From positions 744,041-799,362 of the forward strand of contig NW_014577072.1 of NCBI RefSeq assembly GCF_000485595.1: DNA of 55,322 bases. Direction: 5' to 3'. This stretch comes from Priapulus caudatus (taxonomy: Eukaryota). Below the pieces are notes generated by a model. It ran no database searches and was not told the origin of the DNA. It saw only the letters and a program-made list of their open reading frames with translations. How positions within the stretch are numbered: the stretch's first letter is position 1; each line of letters starts with the position of its first letter. Position numbers and translations under genes: made by a program. Below are positions 48,052-55,322 of the stretch, in pieces.

Positions 48052-51000
48052 ACTACTACCTACAAGTAAGTAATATTGAGCAATATTTAGAAATTAAACA
48101 ATCTGTGCAAACATATATATATCTATAAATATACTTTATAGAACTACAGAACTACGTTTTACTGGCGAGTTTTTCCCATTTTCTCAGACTATATTACCAC
48201 AATTCACCAGTTATAAAAGTTGTATCAACGATAAAATTTAAATAGCTGATAACTTGGATTTTATGAACATGAAATTCACATGTGTATATATGTGAGAAAG
48301 GTAAAACAAGGGTGCAAAGGTAACACAAGCTCCTCGTGCTGCACCCTGGTAACTTGATTGTTGCAATCAAGGCTAAAAGTGTTACCAACTGGTTGGCGTA
48401 ACCGTCACAGGTTGATGTTAGTAAGGGCACACAGTCGTAAAAATCTGCTTCAATAAACTGTGCAATAAACTGTGCAATGGCAGCAACCCGCTTAAAAGGA
48501 ATGAAGTTCAGGATAGGGTCGCTAAATGTGAGCACCCTGAGAGGAAGAGCAAGTGAGGTGGTGGAGACGTTGTCTCGGAGGAAAGTTGACATCTGCTGTC
48601 TCCAGGAGACCAGATACCGTGGTGGTCAGTGTCGTATATTCAAAGGAAAGAACACTAAGTACAAGTGCTACTGGTCTGGTGATGATAAGGGGACTGGTGG
48701 TCGGTGTGTTGCTGGCGGAGGAATGGATTGGGAATGTGTTTGATGTGCGGCGTGTCTCGGACCGGATCATCCTGCTGAGGTTGGTCGTCGGCAGCTCTGT
48801 GCTGACGTTCCTGTCAGTCTACGCTCCACAAGTCGGCCTCAGCGATGTTGTGAAGGACCAGTTTTACGACCAGCTTCATGCAACGGTGGCTAAGGTCCCT
48901 GCATCTGAACTCCTTGTTCCTTGTGGAGACTGGAATGGTCATGTGGGAAGGGATGGAACTGGTTTCAGGAAGGTGCATGGAGGGTATGGGCTTGGCGTAC
49001 GGAACGAGGAAGTAGAGAGAATCCTGGAGTTTGCAGTGGCCAATGATTTAGTCGTGGGAAACAAATGCTTCAAGAAGCGCGAGTGCCACCTCGTCACATA
49101 TTAATCTGGTGGTATCTCCACACAGATCGATTACATTTTGTTCCGTTGTAATCTGCGCAAATTGATTGTCAATGTAAAAACCATCCCGGGTGAGGAGTGC
49201 ACCACACAACATCGCCTGCTGGTGTGCGACATCAAGGTTGACATTACGTCACTGCCCAAGCGTAAATTTGTGCCTCGTCTTAAAATATAGAAGTTGAAGG
49301 ACCCTGTGACCAGGCAGAAGTTCCGTGTGGCCTTTACACAACGGACTGTGGACGCAAATGCGGTTACCACTAAAGAGAAATGGGCGAATTTGAAGTCTGG
49401 CCTTCTGGGTGCTACTGAAGAAGTGTGTGGTCTATCCAAGAAGCATCAGTGGAGAAAACAGACGTGGTGGTGAAATGACCTCATTGTCAGTGTGGTAGAG
49501 GAGAAACGGCAGTGCTACAAAGCTTGGAAAAAAGGCATGGGCAGCAAAGCGGCGTATAATGCAGCTAAACGTGTATCCAGGCGTGCGGTATATCATGCAA
49601 AATCTGAGGCCGAGAAAACCGTCTTTGCAAACACCGACCCCAAGTCACCTGATATCTACCGTATCGCGAATCAGATGCGCCGTGAAAATCAGGATGTTGT
49701 GGGTGAAAAGCCGGTGCGAAATGATGTTGGGAAGTTGTCTTTGACTGATGTGGAGAAGGAGATGGCATGGTTACAGCACTATAAGAGACTGCTGAACGTT
49801 GAGTTCCCATGGAACCCTGACGACCTGTCTGTGGAAGACCCAGTGGAAGGCCCTGCACTACAAATTTCCACCGAGATGGTAAAAAAGGCCATTGACAAGA
49901 TGCAATCTGGTAAGGCCGCAGGCCCGTGTGTTGTGGCTGAAATGTTTAATGCTGCCGGTGATGCGGGTGTTGCCCTCATTCGTGACCTAGCGGTATCAAT
50001 CATACGCGATGGCAGGGTCCCTATGGATTGGGAAGAGAGCCTCATTGGTAACCTGCACAAAGGTAAGGGTGATGCTCTAGACAGGGATAATTATCGTGGG
50101 ATAAAGCTGACTGAACAGGCCTTGAAGGTGCTGGAGAGAGTGGTAGACAATTCTATCCGGCAGCTGATATCGATTGATGAATCTCTGTTTGGCTTTATGC
50201 CGGGCAGGGGAACTTCAGATAGTATCTTTGTTGTCCGTTAACTGCAGGAGAAATACCTGGCCGCCAACAAGAAGCTTTACTTAGACTTTGTGGACCTGGA
50301 AAAGGCGTTCGACAGAGTCCCGAGACAAGTGCTGTGGTGGGCGATGAGGAAGCTTGGGACAGACGAGTGGATCATGAGGTTGGTGCAGGGCATGTACACC
50401 AACACTCGTAGTCGTGTGCGTGTCGGTGGTGGTTTCTCGGAGGAGTTTGAGGTAAAGGTGGGAGTCCATCAAGGGTCGGTGCTGAGCCCCCTCCTGTTCA
50501 TCATGGTACTGGAGGCCCTTTCGCGGCAGTTCCGTGCTGGCGTCCCCTGGGAAGATCTCTACGCCGATGACTTGGTGATTATAGCAGATTCCTTGGAAGA
50601 ATGCATGGCAAGGCTGGAAGTGTGGAAGGCTGGCATGGAGGAGAAGGACCTCAGAGTGAATATGGGCAAGACGAAGATCATGATTTGTGGTGCTGAACTT
50701 GACCTCTTGGAAGACTCCAGGAAGTACCCCTGCGTTGTGTGCAGGAAGGGAGTTGGGAGTAATTCTATTTGCTGTCACGGCTGTGCACACTGGGTATATA
50801 AGAAGTGTAGTGGCATAAAAGGCCGTCTCAATGACGACCCGGATTTCCGTTGCAAGCGGTGCATGGGCGATGCCCGCCCATTTGATGGCAGACCACTGTT
50901 GGAGGTGCAGATTGGGCAGGACAAACTGGAGGTAGTACCCTCCTTCTGCTACCTTGGTGATACACTCTCGGCGGGTGGTGGCTGTGAATTAGCCACTATC

Positions 51001-53842
51001 ATTAGAGCAAAGACCGCCTGGGGGAAGTTTCGGAAGCTGCTTCCTGTCCTGACATCTCGACATCTGTCCCTCAGGACTCGTGGTCAAGTGTATGGCACCT
51101 GTGTCTGTAGCGCCATGCTGCACGGGAGCGAGACATGGGCAATGAAATCTGTTGACTTGCAACGCCTCCGGCGTAATGACAGGGCAATGATCAGATGGAT
51201 CTGCAATGTCACAATCGAGGATTTGGCCCCTTCTAAACGAGCTGCTGGGCAGATGGGTATCTTGGACCTTGAGGTCATATACGTGAGAGAAAGACTCGCT
51301 GGTATGGCCATGTTCAGCGCTCCATCGGTGCCATCAAGACAGTGGGTCTGCAGTTCGAAGTGTTGGTGTAAGGAGACGTGGGAGGCCGAAGATGTCTTGG
51401 AAGAGGTTGTGAAAAGGATAGGGACAGTGGAATCTCTCCGCTGTAGACCCCTTGGATGCGTGTCACAGTGGAAGACAAGCGTGAGAGCTGCCAAAACTGG
51501 ACCGAGCCAGATTCCTGGAGTGGGTTTCTACTGATGTGGATTTAAACCCTTGAGTCCAGTATAAAATAAAGAAACCGAAAACAACAACAACAACATATAT
51601 AGCAACTGACCACCATGATATCAATACATATAGTAAGAAGTGCTTACCAAATCCTAACAGACCAACTAAGGAAATAAGGCTCAACCAGATAATGAGCCAA
51701 GCAATGCAGCGCATCAGTAAGATCCACAACCAAGAAATCACCATGGATATGAATATTGAACTGCAAAAAAATGTTATTAAATGTTTAGTAACATCAAGGA
51801 TTGCAATACTTATAGTAAATTTAAACATACTCTATGACGCTGTGGCAAGCAAATGGATCCATGGGAAATATGACGTGTGATTTATTAATGCAAGAACTAT
51901 CTATATATTAAAATGGATACCATCCAATATGAGAATGGTTGTGTATTATCTGTACTGTCGAGACATTGCTAATTTGCATTATGAATTGGATATGTAAAAT
52001 GTACCTAGATGATATATATATATATATATATATATACTATATATATATATATACTATATATATATATAAGATCTTAACAATAATGACATAACAGCCTTCA
52101 TTAATACATCAGGTATTGTGAACAATGCTCTGGACCCTATACATGAAATTATCAATTTGCATTCACAGTATAACTCTAGATCTGCAGTACGAATACTGCT
52201 TATAAAAATCTATCACATGTAATGAAATGTTTGTATCTACAAAATAACCAAAATAATTTCCTTCTGGGGATTTTACATTTATCAATTATATGCATTGTAT
52301 ATATTCATTATATTTGTAATCTAGCAGAATTGTATAAACTTACATCAGAATTATCCACCAAGATTCTACAAAGTCCTGAAAGACTTTTTGGCTAAATTCT
52401 TGCAAATTTAGAACTTCTGACATATATCTGAAAAAACAAACAAATAGAATTTCAATGTATTACACAACATTTTGGTGCTTGACTGATACATGTAATTCGG
52501 ATAGCACAAATTTATATCAAGTTGATATGTGTACGCACGCACGCACGCAAACGCTGCTTTGCAAATATATAGGAATGCAGTTCTGAGCATAGTGCCAAAA
52601 GCTAGCTAATGCTTACTTGGTACCCTCGTAAATGAGGCCATAGGTGACATTTTCACCATCTTTATCAGTAGCCATCGATCCATCAATCTCTAAGATGACA
52701 TCAACAGCTTCTTCAGCTAGAGCTGGGATACATCTATCAATGACTGAAATGAGGGTATAGTATATTATAGTATTATATTATATAAATTACCAAGTTACTA
52801 GCAGGACTTGATGACTACTAATTAGTATACTGCCACTTCTTTCAATCAGTATGTACGAGCTTCAACTTTACACTCAAGTGACTTTATATTCATCTTTGTG
52901 AGTGCGGGGAACAGTGGCGGACCCAGGGCGCACAGAGGGCAGTCGCCCCCCACCCCTAGAATTTTCAGGGCAAGGGATATTTAGCCTAACACTCTCCCCC
53001 CTTGGACGCTTCATGCCCTTGAGTTCGCACGATTCGCCCCACCCCCCTAGAATTCACTTCTGGATCCGCCACTGGGGAATGCTTTCATCATTTAATTAAT
53101 ATGAGAAGACTATTATTTCTGTGCCATAATAGTGCCCTGATCTCAGATGCTAAAATACTACTGTACCTCCAGACTCACTTCAGGAACTAGATAAAGGTTT
53201 GAGCAATATAGATGTATTCCGGGAGGCATGTCCTACGTAGTAATTACTTACACTCTGAACTTTCCACGTAGTAGGGTGCACAATCATCAGCTTTTACCAT
53301 CTCCTCTATAGTCTAAAACGACAATTCATTTAAAGAATAAAATAGAAAATATGTTTGGCTAAGAAAATAAATATGGGTGTGTATCTATAGTATTAAACAT
53401 CAGAGATATGAGAAATATTCACGCACATGATGTTTAGCAATTGCACTGCTACTTGTTGATCTAGTAGTCAATATCATTCAACATCATCATCAATTTATAT
53501 ATATTAAAATTTGATGGCAACAATTATGTTTTCATGGCTTTTTATTGCATGATACATGCATGATAACGAGCTTAAACAATTTTTTACATCATTTAACAAA
53601 TTGAAGCGTGTTGTGTGCAATAGAACATGTCTCTATTTCCCACAACACTGTTCAACTTGTTGCCACATTTCATTGTATGACACATGGTACAACAAATGTG
53701 AAACAATGTTGGTAACAACGGTTGAGCTGCGGACCATGGGCTTTAGGGTAATTCAAAACACAAATGCCCACACGATCACACAAACAGATGTAAACAAGAT
53801 TTGTCACACATGTATACCATATATAAATATATAATATATATA

Positions 53843-53885
<43 letters not shown>

Positions 53886-54580
53886 AATACGCTAGTTTGG
53901 TTTATAGTAAGTATTAAAGGGTTCTTTATATTTGTAACTAAATGAGCAAAATACATAAAACAGTTCATATATCTAAAAAGGGCATTAATATACCAGAATC
54001 ACGCATGGTCTACATTAAACCGAGATAATCACATTGTTTTCTTGTACACAGAGTATACAGCTACATGGGTGGAAAATTACATTTGATCCAAGAGTGGCCT
54101 ATGGGCTCCCTTGTCTCAATAAGAGACAATCTGCAGTAAAATCAGGGAAAACAGCATCTGGAGTTCGAAACTAAGGATAAACAACGATGCAAGACCAAAA
54201 TTGAAGTAACGCCCAGAATGAGTTACATGAATTTATAACACTCCGAGCATTACAGAGTTCAAAGTTATTTATGTGTAGTCATATACAGCACAATTTTAAG
54301 GAGTCAAATGGACCACCTGCTGATGCCAGCTCGCTGTGTCCACAAATAAAATGGAACGTTTTCATGTTAATTTTAGCTTAAGCCACGGACGTGCGAATAA
54401 ATTTGCATGGTGTGTCCCCCGCTTAAAGCAGTTCACACAATATAATTATTTTACTTGTATATATATGCTTACCCGCTCATCAGTGATTGGATCTATGTGA
54501 TATTTGCAAATACAGTCGCTTCTCTCGGCCAATGGATCGACGTAGGTAAAGTATGTTGTAGGGCATTTCTCGAGACAGAC
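42739..54580 (-). CDS. CTL2: Choline transporter-like protein (SLC44 family, CTL2/4/5 type); 14 exons visible, 5' end outside the window
   Basis: All exons join in phase. Family motifs: LAGAFASYYWA, RYHLGSLAFGSL, CCFWCLEKFLKFINKNAYIMIAIYGKNFCTSA, MAVDTLFLCF-EDCERHDGSEEKPYYMSK. Confidence 0.95.
42988..43072 (-). CDS. CTL2: CTL exon (VITIGAYLISSGFFSVYGMAVDTLFLCF)
   Basis: GT-AG bounded, 85 nt, in phase. Confidence 0.93.
43380..43483 (-). CDS. CTL2: CTL exon (VFSFFLFTGG...PNLNYYFIPVI)
   Basis: GT-AG bounded, 104 nt, in phase. Confidence 0.9.
43815..44098. mobile_element. Mutator-like MITE with TTAGGG-like core
   Basis: 9-bp TSD attatttac (43806-43814, 44099-44107); TIR gctcatagggtctatgtc / gacatagaccctctcagc. 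Confidence 0.92.
45077..45221 (-). CDS. CTL2: CTL exon (IAIYGKNFCTSA...GKLMVVGAL)
   Basis: GT-AG bounded, 145 nt, in phase. Confidence 0.95.
45726..45924 (-). CDS. CTL2: CTL exon (YHLGSLAFGS...NKNAYIM)
   Basis: GT-AG bounded, 199 nt, in phase. Confidence 0.95.
46331..46553 (-). CDS. CTL2: CTL exon (AKCMFIGYGG...ESFWRSLR) with GC donor
   Basis: Acceptor 46554-46555. The only phase-compatible donor is AG|GCATGG at 46329-46330. Confidence 0.9.
46860..47019 (-). CDS. CTL2: CTL exon (AGVFVFGVATAVFLASSG...EKYGDT)
   Basis: GT-AG bounded, 160 nt, in phase. Confidence 0.9.
47236..47393 (-). CDS. CTL2: CTL exon (IIISVLLVILLLVLLFLRTRIMLAIELIGEASKAVGHMNSTLFFPLITFLLE)
   Basis: GT-AG bounded, 158 nt, in phase. 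Confidence 0.93.
47604..47735 (-). CDS. CTL2: CTL exon (CYYCFKTY...LQDTWLAF)
   Basis: GT-AG bounded, 132 nt, in phase. Confidence 0.92.
47874..48063. repeat. (CTG)n/(CTA)n compound trinucleotide microsatellite
   Basis: Direct inspection; explains the poly-Leu and poly-Ala ORFs. Confidence 0.95.
48290..51594 (+). mobile_element. Near full-length, inactivated RTE-clade LINE (APE endonuclease + RT + PHD-type finger), antisense in a CTL intron
   Basis: ORF remnant from 48477. APE motifs: GSLNV, CCLQETR, SVYAPQ, GDWNGHVG, IDYI. RT motifs: YRGIKL, DLEKAFDRV, GVHQGSVLSPLLF, YADD. Frameshift at ~48700; stops at 49102, 49288, 49470 and 50239; (AAC)n tail at ~51580-51594. The 5' boundary is approximate. 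Confidence 0.92.
51648..51760 (-). CDS. CTL2: CTL exon (SIFISMVISWLWILLMRCIAWLIIWLSLISLVGLLGF)
   Basis: GT-AG bounded, 113 nt, in phase. Confidence 0.93.
52344..52427 (-). CDS. CTL2: CTL exon (YMSEVLNLQEFSQKVFQDFVESWWIIL)
   Basis: GT-AG bounded, 84 nt, in phase. Confidence 0.92.
52617..52743 (-). CDS. CTL2: CTL exon (IDRCIPAL...LIYEGT)
   Basis: GT-AG bounded, 127 nt, in phase. Confidence 0.9.
52912..53074. mobile_element. hAT-like MITE
   Basis: TIR cagtggcggacccag / ctggatccgccactg; partial flank duplication gggaa. Confidence 0.75.
53252..53312 (-). CDS. CTL2: CTL exon (TIEEMVKADDCAPYYVESSE)
   Basis: GT-AG bounded, 61 nt, in phase. Confidence 0.88.
54473..54580 (-). CDS. CTL2: CTL exon (VCLEKCPTTYFTY...CICKYHIDPITDER)
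   Basis: GT-AG bounded, 108 nt, phase 0/0; VCxxxCP motif of the CTL ectodomain. Confidence 0.88.
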
Positions 54581-54596
54581 CTATTATAGATATGTG

Positions 54597-54780
54597 TATC
54601 AGTAAGAACCACAACCAAGCAATTGGATACAAATAATGAACTGCAAATTAAATGTTTAAAAAGATCAAGGATTGCCATAGTTATAGTAAATTTAAATACA
54701 TATTCTATAATGTTGTGGCAAGCACATTGATCAACAGGAGAGATTATATGTTACTTATTAATGCAAGAACTATCTATATA
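54597..54780 (-). repeat. Degenerate duplicate of 51712-51908 (half exon plus its upstream intron)
   Basis: Shared blocks atcagtaaga, ccacaaccaag, tgaactgcaaa, atcaaggattgc, ttatagtaaatttaaa, tgtggcaagca, ttattaatgcaagaactatctatata. Confidence 0.85.
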
Positions 54781-54782
54781 CT

Positions 54783-54830
54783 AACAAGTGCCGCGGAGCG
54801 ACAGCGCTCATCTAACGTCTACTGCGGTGA
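54783..54830 (-). mobile_element. HINE-like terminus (same family as 32560)
   Basis: aacaagtgccgcggagcgacagcgctcatctaacgt matches the sequence at 32560; its sub-TIR is complementary to gtcagatgagc at 68-78. Confidence 0.55.
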
Positions 54831-55322
54831 CTCTGTGGTGGAGTGGTGGGATTCTAGTAAACCCTGTTCGTCCCAAATGTGTTCACATACACGCCGAAAC
54901 AGTGGAATGCACAGGGATGGTATCAGGAACCTTCTCAAAAGAATGTTCGTTGGGATCGTTATGAAAGTTGCCACGAGATGGCGCGTACGTTTAAGTGTCT
55001 TCAGATTAAAGATTGAAGCTCCCATCGTACGTAGTAGCAAAAACTATTTGCACGACAGAATAGGTAAGCACTCATCCATTTACCTATGCAAGCCTACAGG
55101 CTGCAATAGAGAGCTGCCACCTGTAACCAATTAACGCAGGCAAAAACTACACAGTACCACCACCACATGCACTGGCAGTGGCATACGTTACATGTAACAT
55201 ACTGACAGTACAGAATGCCATAGAAATTATACGATTTAAGGAGCATAAACCTTCTTCAACCAAATTTAGCTTTTGAAAGTTCTCTGTGACATTGTAGCCT
55301 CATACATCCAGGCATGTATAGT

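Noticed and set aside
47587..48128. Poly-Leu and poly-Ala membrane or signal-peptide ORFs
   Set aside because: Microsatellite translations; only 47604-47735 is a real exon.
54652..55134. 160-aa plus-strand ORF
   Set aside because: It crosses a duplicated intron segment and a HINE terminus, lies antisense within a CTL intron, and has no recognisable motifs.

Overview
Eukaryotic (animal, probably invertebrate) genomic DNA, AT-rich and intron-containing. There is no prokaryotic operon, CRISPR array, rRNA or credible tRNA gene. I reconstructed three minus-strand genes by hand from splice sites and reading-frame phase. (1) An acidic, Ser-rich orphan protein with 2 visible coding exons (3004/3008-5911). 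(2) A complete 7-exon, 189-aa N-myristoylated neuronal calcium sensor of the NCS-1/frequenin type (19685-29787). (3) The 3' 14 exons of a choline-transporter-like gene (SLC44/CTL2 type, 42739-54580), with one GC-AG intron and a decayed antisense RTE-clade LINE whose ORF carries a PHD-type zinc finger after the RT core. The remainder is a dense, nested set of non-autonomous transposons: palindromic P-like MITEs (8-bp TSD), Mutator-like MITEs carrying (TTAGGG)n (9-bp TSD), Kolobok-like MITEs (TTAA), hAT MITEs and DINE-1/HINE-like Helentron derivatives, plus mini- and microsatellites. Region ~32.5-45.1 kb holds 2-3 copies of the same locus separated by N gaps. It looks like uncollapsed haplotypes or raw long-read gap filling, and it exposes a presence/absence Kolobok insertion. 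I cannot support a wholly new biological system. The best leads are the PHD-bearing RTE, the telomere-repeat MITE families, the palindrome island, the divergent NCS paralog and the orphan gene.
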